Source: a virus
Taxonomy: Duplodnaviria; Caudoviricetes
DNA: 64,000 nucleotides
Direction: 5' to 3' (one strand)
Virus record (IMG/VR): IMGVR_UViG_3300044612_001963
Location: 419 to 64,418 of that record
Below the pieces are notes generated by a model. The model saw nothing but the letters and a program-made list of their open reading frames with translations. It ran no database searches and was not told the DNA's origin. A program made the translations under genes and the position numbers. Shown here piece by piece: positions 45,165-54,764 of the stretch (the first letter of the stretch is position 1; the number at the start of each line of letters is the position of its first letter).

Positions 45165-46612
45165 CGCTCAACGTCAGCCTTGAGGAAGTGCCTGATGCAA
45201 TCCTTGAAGCTGTAATGGCCAGGATTCTACGCAACAGGCAAAAGCTAAAAGACAACCAACAACAAATTCAGCGGCCACTGCTCCAGCCGAAACCGCAGGT
45301 CAGGAATCAAGGCGCAGACAATCGCACATGGAAGAAACCTGAGCCGGCGGCAACTTTACAGCCATCTGGCACTGGTTGGCTGCTGGTGCCTAGTGGACCG
45401 CCTGACGGCTTGAGTCTTCGGTGCATAACCTCGTTCCCCAACAAGCTGCTTTCCGCAAAAACCGGTTCAGAATCACTGGGCCGGCTTCTTAATGGTGGCT
45501 TGGCACCGGTCATATCTCTTGGGGAAGGACAGGAGTACACCAGCACTGCGGAAGGATATGCAGATCTTTCAAGCAGTACAAACGTGAGCAGCTATAACAT
45601 CGACGAGTCGCAGATTCAAGTATCAAACGGCATTGCTACTTTTACGTTTCCATTTCCAGCCTTAGCCACATCGTATCCAGCCGCTAAATTGCGCTCTTAC
45701 ACTTTTGAATGCTTAATTAAGCTAGGTGTAGACGCAGATGCGCCTAGGCCGTCAGTGTTAGAACCTTCTACGCTGCGTGGATTCTGGAGCACAACAGTGC
45801 CATCTCCGCCGGCCGCATCGCTTGATGGACTGGTTTATGTTCCTTTTTCGCCCCCACTAGGTGGGCAGGTATTTGAGCCAGGCACAACCGTCACAATTCC
45901 CTGCGGCGGATCAGTTGGCGGATTCCCTGACTGTTCAGGCTGGGATGGAGAGATTAGGTGGTACTTTTATGGCCCAAATAATAACGGGGTGATTTCTTTA
46001 TACAGCTTTGGATTTAGCTCTACCACGGAAGGTGGATTCCCAGGTCCAGGGTTGACATACACCCCATCCCAGACGGTGGATGGGCCAAATTACTACTCAT
46101 GGGCCGCAAGTGGTACAGCGAATGTTGGACTGGCCTTGATCGCAAACGGAGAAATCCTGCAAGGCGCGGCATTCAATGCAGGCGTTGGCATTGGCAATAA
46201 TTATTTGGATGGAACCTTCTCGGAGTATATTAGCTGCAATGCCGGAATAATCAGCTCAGCATCCGAGGATAGTCCTTCCCCGTTAGGCATTGATGCAGCA
46301 TTGCTGCAGAAAAACCAAAAAAGCCATTTCGCGGCAGTCAAAACAAGCGAAGCATTCAATTTCTATTTCAATGGCCAAAATGTGGGTAGCATCCCAGTCG
46401 CCGAGGAACTTGACCCGGCATCCTCGTATCAAATTGCAGTTTCCGTTAGCTCGCAAATCTTTCAATCCGGGGGCGAGCCAGATTTTAATAGCAAGTACAA
46501 CACAATGACTCCTTACGTGATGCCAGTCTCCGGCATCCGCTTCACCCCAGGCCGCTCTCTCTACACCGGCGAAATCTTCACCCCGCCAACCAGCATCACC
46601 CGCCTGGCATGA
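45161..46612 (+). CDS. Tail fibre / adhesin with a LamG-like C-terminus
   Basis: YTFEC..HFAAVK..FYFNGQ..IRFTPG..YTGEIFTPPT; lower-GC central part. Confidence 0.6.
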   Translation: MTLNVSLEEVPDAILEAVMARILRNRQKLKDNQQQIQRPLLQPKPQVRNQGADNRTWKKPEPAATLQPSGTGWLLVPSGPPDGLSLRCITSFPNKLLSAKTGSESLGRLLNGGLAPVISLGEGQEYTSTAEGYADLSSSTNVSSYNIDESQIQVSNGIATFTFPFPALATSYPAAKLRSYTFECLIKLGVDADAPRPSVLEPSTLRGFWSTTVPSPPAASLDGLVYVPFSPPLGGQVFEPGTTVTIPCGGSVGGFPDCSGWDGEIRWYFYGPNNNGVISLYSFGFSSTTEGGFPGPGLTYTPSQTVDGPNYYSWAASGTANVGLALIANGEILQGAAFNAGVGIGNNYLDGTFSEYISCNAGIISSASEDSPSPLGIDAALLQKNQKSHFAAVKTSEAFNFYFNGQNVGSIPVAEELDPASSYQIAVSVSSQIFQSGGEPDFNSKYNTMTPYVMPVSGIRFTPGRSLYTGEIFTPPTSITRLA

Positions 46613-46716
46613 CCCAACCACAACACGAACCCCAGCCAATCACGAACGAAACCCCAGTTCAGCATCTGGTGGAAGCCGTCCAAATCCGCATCGCCACGCA
46701 ACGCCTCAAGCTGGCC

Positions 46717-46724
46717 GGAAAACT
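46717..46724 (+). promoter_or_regulatory. Putative late promoter motif (scaffold-capsid operon)
   Basis: GGAAAACT 25 bp before the scaffold ATG. Confidence 0.65.
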
Positions 46725-46749
46725 CAAACGCACCTAGCCGTGATGGCAC

Positions 46750-47544
46750 ATGCGTTTCCGATTCACCCCCACCCGGCCCGAACTCACCCTCTGGCCGTCC
46801 ATTGATCCTGACCCCGCTACAGACCAGCAAGGCGGCGGCACTGATACCACCGACAACAGCGACACCAGCGGCCAGGGCGAAACCGACGCTGATCGCCTCA
46901 AGCGTGCCCTGGAGGCAGAACGCAAACTCAACCGGCAGAACGCTGCACGTGCCGCACAGCTTGAAAACCAGCTGAAAGAGGTTGGCCAAGTCAACCCGCA
47001 GCTGCTGGCCGAAGCACAGGCCAAAGCCGAAGCGGCCGAACGGCAACGCCAGCTACTGGAGCAGCAGATCAACACCCGCCTTGCTGACGCAGAGCGGAAG
47101 TACCAGGAACAGCTCTCACGGCTCACCTCCGAGCTGCAGATCAAAGCATCCGCTGCCGAACGTGAAGCCCTGCGGGTCAAAGCTGAACGCGAGTTCCTCG
47201 CCGCCAAAGGCCTCACCGACGCATCGGAAATCGACGGCCGCACGCCGTTTGACTACATCTGGCAGCTGTTCGGCGGCCAGTACGCCGAGGACAAGAACGG
47301 GCTCTACATCGTTGACGCAGACGGCAGCCCTGCACTCGACGCTGAAACCGGCAAGCGGATCACCCTACGCGAGCACTACAACAAGCTCCGCAAGGATCCC
47401 GTCCACGGCATGCACTTCCAGCCGGAATACGGCTCTGGTTCTGGTGGCCGCGCCGGTCGTGATGGCCGCATTAACACCACCGCCGATCTCTCCAAGGTGC
47501 CAACAGGGCAGCTGTTTAGCGAGGCATTTGGTAAGCGCCGGTAA
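46750..47544 (+). CDS. Capsid scaffolding protein
   Basis: Acidic N-terminus, LKRALEAER coiled coil, GSGSG near the C-terminus; directly before the major capsid gene. Confidence 0.8.
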   Translation: MRFRFTPTRPELTLWPSIDPDPATDQQGGGTDTTDNSDTSGQGETDADRLKRALEAERKLNRQNAARAAQLENQLKEVGQVNPQLLAEAQAKAEAAERQRQLLEQQINTRLADAERKYQEQLSRLTSELQIKASAAEREALRVKAEREFLAAKGLTDASEIDGRTPFDYIWQLFGGQYAEDKNGLYIVDADGSPALDAETGKRITLREHYNKLRKDPVHGMHFQPEYGSGSGGRAGRDGRINTTADLSKVPTGQLFSEAFGKRR

Positions 47545-47559
47545 CGGCTTAAGCGCAAA

Positions 47560-47626
47560 GGGTCTGCTGGTGATGACACGGGCTGCGTGATGCAACCCAA
47601 CCCGGCGTGACGCCACCAGCAGATCC
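47560..47626 (+). promoter_or_regulatory. Structured capsid mRNA leader with GTGA(T/C) hairpins
   Basis: 13-bp stem GGGTCTGCTGGTG/CACCAGCAGATCC enclosing further GTGAT/GTGAC hairpins. Confidence 0.55.
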
Positions 47627-47645
47627 CTTTCTCCCCTGATTCCAA

Positions 47646-48566
47646 ATGGGCCTGACCCTTCTGGAGGCGGCCAAGTCGGAACGCGACCCGGCTCGCCTCG
47701 CTGTTATCCGTGAACTCGCTGAAGGCGAGCTGATGTCTGTCATCCCCTTCCAAAACGTGGAAGGGGAAGGCGTGTTTTACGACGTTGAAGCCGAACTGCC
47801 TGCAGTTGGTTTCCGTGGCATCAATGAATCCCTCGACGCCACCTATGGCGTGCTCAATCCCCAAGCTGAAAAGCTCAAGATCATGGGGGCTGAGATCGAT
47901 GTGGACACCGCCATCATCGATATGCGTGGCTCGCAGGCCATCGCTGATCAAGTCCAGATGAAGGTGCGCTCTATGCGTATGACCTTCGAGGACCAGTTCA
48001 TCAATGGTGATGAAACCGCCAACCCTCGCGCATTCGATGGCCTCCGCCGCCGGATCAATACCGGCAGCTCCCAGGCAATCAGCATGGGCGGCGCGCTGTC
48101 CCTGTCCGCACTGGATGAACTGATCGACGCCTGCGACGCCATGGGCGGCAACAAGGTGCTGATCATGAACAAGAAAATGCGCCGGCGCCTGAACACCGCC
48201 TCGCGTAATTCCAGTATCGGTGGTTTCATCAACTACAGCCAAAACGAGTTCGGCCGTCGCGTTACCCAGTACGGCGACGTGCCGATCATCGTTACCGATG
48301 TGAATGCACAGAATCAGCCTGTGCAGCCGTTCACCGAGGCCTCCAGCTCCACCAGTATCTACTGCGTGGCGTTTGGCGACCTGCTCACCACCGCCCTGCA
48401 GGGTCGCGCTCGCGGTCAGTTCGGACCTTCCGTCCGTGCCCTGGGTGAAGTTCCCGATGCGCCGGTCGATCGCACCCGGATCGAGTGGTACTGCGCGATG
48501 GCTGTTTACAACGGCCGTTCCGCTGCTCGCCTCACCGGCGTCACCGATGCGGCTGTGGTCGCCTGA
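47646..48566 (+). CDS. Major capsid protein
   Basis: LTLLEAAK, LPAVGFRGINE, FINGD..FDGL, RTRIEWY..AARLTGV (HK97-fold family). Confidence 0.9.
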   Translation: MGLTLLEAAKSERDPARLAVIRELAEGELMSVIPFQNVEGEGVFYDVEAELPAVGFRGINESLDATYGVLNPQAEKLKIMGAEIDVDTAIIDMRGSQAIADQVQMKVRSMRMTFEDQFINGDETANPRAFDGLRRRINTGSSQAISMGGALSLSALDELIDACDAMGGNKVLIMNKKMRRRLNTASRNSSIGGFINYSQNEFGRRVTQYGDVPIIVTDVNAQNQPVQPFTEASSSTSIYCVAFGDLLTTALQGRARGQFGPSVRALGEVPDAPVDRTRIEWYCAMAVYNGRSAARLTGVTDAAVVA

Positions 48567-48595
48567 TTCTCCCTGATTCCCTGAGGTAACGCCTA

Positions 48596-49057
48596 ATGTC
48601 CCGCTCTACTGGTCTCGCCCCGCGTAGGGGCTACATGATCGACGCAGCCACCGTCCTGGTGGGTGCTGTCGCTGCTGGCGCCCGAGGCCGCGCCGCTGCT
48701 ACCCGTACGGGTGCTGCTCAGATCCTGAACACCCGCCTGGAAGCCCAGGACGTGTTCAAGATCGTTGCTCACGGTAACGCCAGCGCTGCTGGTCAGTACA
48801 CCATCCAGGTGGCCCACGTGCCCGAGGGTGGCACCGTGAACAACAGCCACTACGCCACCGTGGCGGTGGTCACCTGCGCCCCTGGCGTTCAGGAGATCCC
48901 CATCTCTGGCGTGCAGGCTCGCGCCCTGGCTGCTGCCGGTGCATCCATCACCTCCGGTGATGTGCGTGTGGTGGCGATCCGTGCCAACGCTGGCACCGAT
49001 GCCAACGCCCCGGCTGGTGTGAACACGATCAGCCTGCAGGTTGCCCCCGGCGCCTGA
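48596..49057 (+). CDS. Putative capsid decoration protein
   Basis: Beta-rich, right after the major capsid gene, GAGG RBS, followed by a terminator. Confidence 0.55.
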   Translation: MSRSTGLAPRRGYMIDAATVLVGAVAAGARGRAAATRTGAAQILNTRLEAQDVFKIVAHGNASAAGQYTIQVAHVPEGGTVNNSHYATVAVVTCAPGVQEIPISGVQARALAAAGASITSGDVRVVAIRANAGTDANAPAGVNTISLQVAPGA

Positions 49058-49064
49058 TTCAACC

Positions 49065-49093
49065 GGGGCCCTACGGGGCCCCTTTGATTTTTT
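49065..49093 (+). terminator. Rho-independent terminator
   Basis: GGGGCCC-tacg-GGGCCCC followed by TTTGATTTTTT. Confidence 0.75.
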
Positions 49094-49108
49094 ATCTGAG
49101 GTGATCTG

Positions 49109-49258
49109 ATGGCAAGTTTCGCCGTGCCCTATGGGGTGAGCGAGGAAGAGATGGCCAAGGCGATGGGTACCGTGGTGGCTGAACCGCAGCCTGAACCCGA
49201 GCCGGAGCCGAAGGCTGAGCCTGCACCGCGCCGTCGTGGTGTGAAGGCGGAAAACTGA
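49109..49258 (+). CDS. Small PE-repeat protein (49 aa)
   Basis: GAGGTG RBS; EPQPEPEPEPKAEP then a basic tail. Confidence 0.5.
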   Translation: MASFAVPYGVSEEEMAKAMGTVVAEPQPEPEPEPKAEPAPRRRGVKAEN

Positions 49259-49278
49259 TCTTATAGCGAGCACCGGTC

Positions 49279-49956
49279 ATGCGCAGAGTTCTGACACCCG
49301 CTCACGCGACGTTCTCGGCAGCAAACCGGACGATCACGTTTGCAACTACCGTTCCGGCCAGCATTGGTCACATCCTGCGGGTGGTGAACCTGACGCGGGC
49401 AACGGTTTACTTCGACCCAACTGCTGAAAGTGGGTTGGGTTACCTCAGCAGCGCAACGTATGCGTCACCGGTGCTGACGTTAGGCGTGAACACTGATGGG
49501 CACGCCAACAGTGATGTGCTGTTCATTGAGTATGACGACGGGTTAGGTGCAACGGATGTAAACCTGTCGGGGCCGGTCACGGTCTCAAATGAGGTTGAGA
49601 TCAAGAATGACTCAGGGTCTCCGATCCCGGTCACAGGCCCGCTCACCAACGCTGAGCTGAGGGCCGCAGCTGTGCCCACCGAACCCCTCGGCATCCCCGG
49701 CGTTGCCCGTCAGCTGGCGGCTGGGGCCTCCAGCGCGAACACAGCTCTCACCAGCACCTGCCGGCGGATCTCGATGCGAGCCGTGGGGGCCGACATTCGG
49801 TATGCGATCGGCAGCAGCAGCCAGACGGCCAGCGCCACGTCGCACCTGATCGGCATCGGCGAGCGGCTGGATGTGGCGGTGCCTGCCACGCCGAACATTG
49901 CCGTGATCCGGGGCGGGACGACGAACGGCACGCTGGAGCTGACGGAGCTGCTCTGA
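49279..49956 (+). CDS. Virion structural protein
   Basis: GGAAAACT at 49249; beta-rich; coupled to the next gene. Confidence 0.55.
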   Translation: MRRVLTPAHATFSAANRTITFATTVPASIGHILRVVNLTRATVYFDPTAESGLGYLSSATYASPVLTLGVNTDGHANSDVLFIEYDDGLGATDVNLSGPVTVSNEVEIKNDSGSPIPVTGPLTNAELRAAAVPTEPLGIPGVARQLAAGASSANTALTSTCRRISMRAVGADIRYAIGSSSQTASATSHLIGIGERLDVAVPATPNIAVIRGGTTNGTLELTELL

Positions 49957-51002
49957 TGAGGCTCCACGCGACACGGCGAGCGGCGATTGCGCAGGGTCGC
50001 GGGCTGGGCAATCCGCTGTGGGACCTGGCGGGTGTGCCGGCGTCACTGGACCTGCGCTTCGCTGAGTCGAAATCGCTGATCGATGCGGTCAGTGGGCAGC
50101 AACTGATCACGTTCACCAGGCAATCTGATCGAAGCATCATAACTTCCACTGGCGGAATGGACATAATCGGCACTGCCACGGCCGGCTTTACCCATGATCC
50201 ATTCACGCTTGAATCACTTGGCCTATTCCTTGAAGAACCAAGGCCTAATCTGCTGCTGAATAGCGCAGCGCCTGCAAGTCAGAACATAACAGTAGCGGCA
50301 ACTGCTTACACGCTCAGCTTCTACGGCAGCGGCGACATTGTGCTGACAGGTGCGCACTCTGCCACGGTAATTGGCACGGGCGTCTTCCCTAATCGTCGGG
50401 TTCTGACATTTACCCCTACGGCTGGCACGCTTGGAGTCACGGTGAGCGGCACGGTGGAGTTTGCCAATCTTGAGCCTGGATCATTTGCAACGAGCTGGAT
50501 TCCAACTGGCGCATCTCAGGCCACCCGCAGCGCAGATGTGGCGAGTATCACGGGCAGTGCGTTTAGTGGGTTTTACAATCAGACAGAGGGAACAATTTTG
50601 GCAAGCGGCTTTAGATATGGCACGGCTGACGGAAGGTTTGCTGGATTTGATAGTGGGTCCATCAGCGATGCCTATGTATTAACAGCTAGTTCTGTAAGAA
50701 ACGTCGTAATCAGCTCTGTTAGTAATGGAGGTTTTGGAGGAGGAGTTACTACGGCTAACAGTTTTGCATATCTTGCGCCAATAAAAGCAGCGGCCACCTT
50801 TAGCAGTGCAGACAATGAAACCGCGTGCCTTAATGGCGGTGCGGTTGCGTCAGGGGCGGCAACTGCTCCTTCGGCAAGCCTGACAACAATGAGAATCGGT
50901 GCGCAAGCAGGCCCGGCTGGTTTTTACAACGGCACCATCCGCCGCCTCACCTACTGGCCCCAACGCCTCCCCAACTCCACGCTGCAAAATATAACCCTCT
51001 AA
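49956..51002 (+). CDS. Fibre / spike protein with a lectin-like C-terminus
   Basis: SLDLRFA..ITFTR..GLFLEEPRPNLL..FATSWIPT..TRSAD..IRRLTYWPQRL. Confidence 0.7.
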   Translation: MRLHATRRAAIAQGRGLGNPLWDLAGVPASLDLRFAESKSLIDAVSGQQLITFTRQSDRSIITSTGGMDIIGTATAGFTHDPFTLESLGLFLEEPRPNLLLNSAAPASQNITVAATAYTLSFYGSGDIVLTGAHSATVIGTGVFPNRRVLTFTPTAGTLGVTVSGTVEFANLEPGSFATSWIPTGASQATRSADVASITGSAFSGFYNQTEGTILASGFRYGTADGRFAGFDSGSISDAYVLTASSVRNVVISSVSNGGFGGGVTTANSFAYLAPIKAAATFSSADNETACLNGGAVASGAATAPSASLTTMRIGAQAGPAGFYNGTIRRLTYWPQRLPNSTLQNITL

Positions 51003-51004
51003 CC

Positions 51005-51337
51005 ATGTACTGCTTCCGCTTCCCCACCCGCAACCAATTCCGCACCCTCGCCGCCGCCGAGGGCCTGATCACCGACGACGACGAGCTGATCACCAGCAGC
51101 CACACCCATGCCCTCGATGAGGTTGGCACCATCCACGAAGGCGGCACCTACGACCCCGAGACGGGCGAAGTGATCACCCCGCCCGTTGCGCTCTCCGGCT
51201 GGCATGTGAACACCATCGGCCTAGCCCCTGAGGCGTGGGACCAGTATCTGGTGGTGGTGAACAGTCCATCCCGCGTGTTTCTCGGCGGCCCCACCCAGGC
51301 CCCTGATTCCGCCACCCTGGAGGCTATGGCCCAATGA
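51005..51337 (+). CDS. Fibre-associated protein
   Basis: ALDEVG..GWHVN..PSRVF motif; follows the spike gene. Confidence 0.65.
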   Translation: MYCFRFPTRNQFRTLAAAEGLITDDDELITSSHTHALDEVGTIHEGGTYDPETGEVITPPVALSGWHVNTIGLAPEAWDQYLVVVNSPSRVFLGGPTQAPDSATLEAMAQ

Positions 51338-51504
51338 CCAATCCCTATCTGCGTGCTGCCCAAAAATTCCCCGCCATCCGCCAGCAGGCCGCCGAGCGCC
51401 TCAGCAAGCGCCCCGATCATGCAGGCCGCCCGATCATCCCCGAGGTGGTCGAGGATCGCCCCCAGCGCCCGGCAGGCAGCCCGAACCCGCGCAGGATGCC
51501 GTAG
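51334..51504 (+). CDS. Small hypothetical protein
   Basis: ATGA overlap; MTNPYLRAAQKF.. Confidence 0.45.
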   Translation: MTNPYLRAAQKFPAIRQQAAERLSKRPDHAGRPIIPEVVEDRPQRPAGSPNPRRMP

Positions 51505-51593
51505 TGGTGCGCCGCGCCAAGGACGAACGGGGCCGGTTTAAGGCCGACGACCCAACCACGCCCGAGGACGAAGCATGGGAAGAAGTGCCCTGA
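51504..51593 (+). CDS. Short peptide with a KDERGRF..DDPTTP..EAW motif (or frameshifted C-terminus of the previous gene)
   Basis: GTG overlaps the upstream TAG; motif recognisable from phage proteins. Confidence 0.4.
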   Translation: MVRRAKDERGRFKADDPTTPEDEAWEEVP

Positions 51594-51762
51594 TCCTGCT
51601 GATCGTCCTTTCCGCCCCGTGGACGGTGGGAATGTTCGCTGCAGCGTTGCAGGTTCCTGTTTGGATTGCGGCGGTTGCAGCGCTGCCGGTCTACGTCGTG
51701 CTGTTTGATGTGATCCAGCCATGAGAGCCCGGTAAACTATAAGCAACCACCACGATCATCCA

Positions 51763-54591
51763 ATGTCCGCCATCGAAACACGCGCCGCGTGGATAATCTC
51801 AACTTATCGCAATGTCACGCTCGGCAGCAGTCCACCGAACGGCCCGACTGCGCAGAAGTTTGGTTGGGCAGATACCCTGGCCCGGCTGACGCTGAACCCT
51901 GCTGATCCGGCGCCTGTTGCCCGGTTCATGGCGCTGCTGACCAGCACGCAGTATCGGTTCAACGAGTCGTTCATGCCTGCAGGCGCTGGCTGGATTCTCT
52001 GCAAACACTGGGACCGGTTCACGCCTGAGCAACGGGCCACGCTGGCGGCCAAGCTGAAAACCGTCAGCGGCCTGCTCAGCCACGGCACCGAGAATCACTT
52101 TCTGATCAAGTACGTTGGCGCGTCGCTGTTCGCCCAGCTCTGGCCCAGTGAGACGGGATGGTATGACGCAATCACCCGCCGCCGCATGACGAGTGCTGAG
52201 TTTGGCGCTGTGGTGAAACAACGCATCCTGGCAACGCTGCGCAGTTACTTTGACAAGGGCTATAACGAACACCTCTCCCCTAATTATCTGCCGGTCCATC
52301 TGTATCCGCTGCAGGCGTTGTATTCATGCACAACCGACCCAGAGATCAAGGCCGCTGCCGATGCCGTGCTCACCTATCACGCTGCAGACATGGCGGCGAA
52401 CTTCTTTCACGGCAACACCATCGCCCCGTACAACCGGCCTGGCCCCTACCGCAACATCGAACCGCAGCGCAACACCGTGCTGAATACCCACCTCAAGGCG
52501 GTGCATTGGCTGTGGTGGGCTGAACTGATGCCAGTGAGCGACCGCCCGCCGATGCGGTTTCCGTCGCTCAACTCGTTTGAGGAATCGCGGCACTATGCCG
52601 TCTGCTCTGCAATTTCCGCCTGGCGACCGCCTGCAGTGCTGGCCGACCTGGCGGCAGGCAAGGGGATCTTGCCGTTCAGTCTGCGCGGATCTGCTGCAGG
52701 GTTTGGCGAGTTCGCCCGTGGTGATGCCGCCTACACCGAGCGCACTGTTTACCGCCATCAGGACTACGCCATCGGCTCAGGGAATTTCGTCACCAACATC
52801 AACAGCCCGGTGCCAGCCCGTGGCCAGGGCCTCAGTGAACGCTGCGGGCATCAGGTGCTGCTCAGGACCAGTAAGCCTCTGGCCGAGATTGTCTGCACCC
52901 ACCCGTACTGGCGCACTGCCTCTGGCCAGTACGCCTGGCTCAGCCGCAGCTCACCGTTCCAGCAGAACGCGCAGCACGAATCCACGCTGATCTCGCTGTT
53001 CAGCATCCCCGTCACCGATCCGTTCAAGGGCCGCACAGACAGGACGTGGGAGACCTACCGGGGCCCGATGATCCAGCAGGCCTGGATCCGCTGGCCCAAG
53101 GGCCTCGACGAGGCTGTGCAGGCCAACGGCTGGCACTTCCTGAGGGAAGGTTCCACCTACGTGGCCATCCGCGCCTGGGGGGCGTCGGAGCTGATCTCTG
53201 GTGAGTTCCCCGACATGCACGTTCTCCACAGTTCTGGCGCACAGAACGTCGTGATCATGGACGTGGCATCGGCGGCTGAGTTCGCCACCTTCGCTGCGTT
53301 CCGCGCTGCTGCGCTGGCTGCTCCGCTGTCAGTGAATCTGGCAGGGCCGTCCGTTACCTACAGGAACGTTCGCGGCCAAACCATCGCCGCCACCTGGGGG
53401 GCATTCAACCCGGCCAGTCAAATCATCGAATCATTCCCTCGCCTGGAGGTAAACGGCCAGGCCCAGCCTGCCCGATCCGCTGCCGTCATTCAGTCGGGGC
53501 CCATCAGCCTGATCGACCGGCAGCTCAAGGTAAAACTTCCCAGCGGCGGCCTGTCGGTGGACTGGCGCGGTGGGGTGCCTGTGTTCGGTGGGGTTCCGGC
53601 TCCGGCTCCAGCGCCTGCACCGGCCCCAGCGCCGCAGCCAGCACCAGCCCCGGCCCCCCAGCCTGCCCCGGCCCCAGCCCAGGGCAGCCCCATCGTGCAG
53701 TGGGGCGATTCCATGACCCAGGCCCTCGCCTCACGCCTCGCCACTGCCCTAGCCGATGGGCGCCGAATCGTCAACCGGGGCAATGGCGGCCAGACATCAA
53801 TGGAAATCGCCGGTCGTCAAGGCGGCCTACCTGTCCACGTTCGCGTGACCGGTGAGCGCATCCCTGCATCTGGTGATGTTGCCATTGCGTTCGTCGCGCC
53901 ATCACCACCCATTGCCAAGTGGGCTGCTGTCGGCGTGCCCGTCACCATCGCAGGCGTGCAGGGCCTGCTCAAGCCCGTCGTGGCATCCAAGGAAACCCGG
54001 CACCGCCCACTGGGCTACACCTTCACCAGATCAACCCCTGGTGCCATCGTTGCCGCGCCTGGCAATCAGCTCGTCAGCCCGCATCTCACCGACGAGCAGA
54101 ACGGCAACAGCCTCAACAGCTACGCCTCAATTCTGTGGCTGGGCCGCAATGGTGTTGGTTCATCTCTGCACACTGATGTGACGGTCTACCGCCGGATGCT
54201 GGAGATCATCACCACTGATCGGGTGATGATCCTGCCGGTGTTCAACGGCGCCCGTTCTGAATCTCTCGGCAGATCTCCCTGCAGAACAGTGATGGCCCGC
54301 AATGCTGCCGTCGCCGCAGCATTCCCGCAGCAGTTCTTCGATGCCCGCCGCGCCTTCATTGATGGCGCCGAAGCCTGGTTCCGCACTCGCTACCCAGCCG
54401 AGTACGCCCGCGACTGGCCAGCCAAGTTCCCTGAACGCTCCCCCGACAACCTGGGCACCGGCAGCGCATGGGACATCGCCAACGACCTGCCGCCTCGCGC
54501 CTTGCGGAAGGACTGGATCCACCTCAACGAGTTTGGAAACGAGTTCATCGCTGAACTGCTGGCCGCTGAGGTGAAGCGGCGGGGGTGGTGA
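51763..54591 (+). CDS. Putative polysaccharide lyase-like domain + PA linker + SGNH/GDSL esterase
   Basis: GTENH and EHLSPNY in a helical N-terminus; (PA)n linker; WGDSMT, NRGNGG, WLGRN, DWIHLN SGNH blocks. Confidence 0.65.
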   Translation: MSAIETRAAWIISTYRNVTLGSSPPNGPTAQKFGWADTLARLTLNPADPAPVARFMALLTSTQYRFNESFMPAGAGWILCKHWDRFTPEQRATLAAKLKTVSGLLSHGTENHFLIKYVGASLFAQLWPSETGWYDAITRRRMTSAEFGAVVKQRILATLRSYFDKGYNEHLSPNYLPVHLYPLQALYSCTTDPEIKAAADAVLTYHAADMAANFFHGNTIAPYNRPGPYRNIEPQRNTVLNTHLKAVHWLWWAELMPVSDRPPMRFPSLNSFEESRHYAVCSAISAWRPPAVLADLAAGKGILPFSLRGSAAGFGEFARGDAAYTERTVYRHQDYAIGSGNFVTNINSPVPARGQGLSERCGHQVLLRTSKPLAEIVCTHPYWRTASGQYAWLSRSSPFQQNAQHESTLISLFSIPVTDPFKGRTDRTWETYRGPMIQQAWIRWPKGLDEAVQANGWHFLREGSTYVAIRAWGASELISGEFPDMHVLHSSGAQNVVIMDVASAAEFATFAAFRAAALAAPLSVNLAGPSVTYRNVRGQTIAATWGAFNPASQIIESFPRLEVNGQAQPARSAAVIQSGPISLIDRQLKVKLPSGGLSVDWRGGVPVFGGVPAPAPAPAPAPAPQPAPAPAPQPAPAPAQGSPIVQWGDSMTQALASRLATALADGRRIVNRGNGGQTSMEIAGRQGGLPVHVRVTGERIPASGDVAIAFVAPSPPIAKWAAVGVPVTIAGVQGLLKPVVASKETRHRPLGYTFTRSTPGAIVAAPGNQLVSPHLTDEQNGNSLNSYASILWLGRNGVGSSLHTDVTVYRRMLEIITTDRVMILPVFNGARSESLGRSPCRTVMARNAAVAAAFPQQFFDARRAFIDGAEAWFRTRYPAEYARDWPAKFPERSPDNLGTGSAWDIANDLPPRALRKDWIHLNEFGNEFIAELLAAEVKRRGW

Positions 54592-54764
54592 TGATTACCT
54601 GGATTCGCGATCGACTGCCCACCGCCGCTGATGCCGACCTGCACGGCATGGTGCGCTGGAATCCGATGCTCCCCGGCATGCTCATCCCCTGGCATGAAGT
54701 CCGCACCGGTGAAGTCTGGTCGCGTTCTGCCGCATGGCAGGAAAACTCAGAGCATGGACACTGA
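54591..54764 (+). CDS. Small hypothetical protein
   Basis: TGATG coupling; WIRDRLPTAADAD. Confidence 0.5.
   Translation: MITWIRDRLPTAADADLHGMVRWNPMLPGMLIPWHEVRTGEVWSRSAAWQENSEHGH

Noticed and set aside
47376-48242. Long antisense ORFs (also 5849-6520, 12519-13208, 42953-43633, 60103-60726)
   Set aside because: Shadow frames of high-GC genes with no recognisable motifs
53596-53680. DNA tandem repeat
   Set aside because: Encodes the Pro-Ala linker with varied codons
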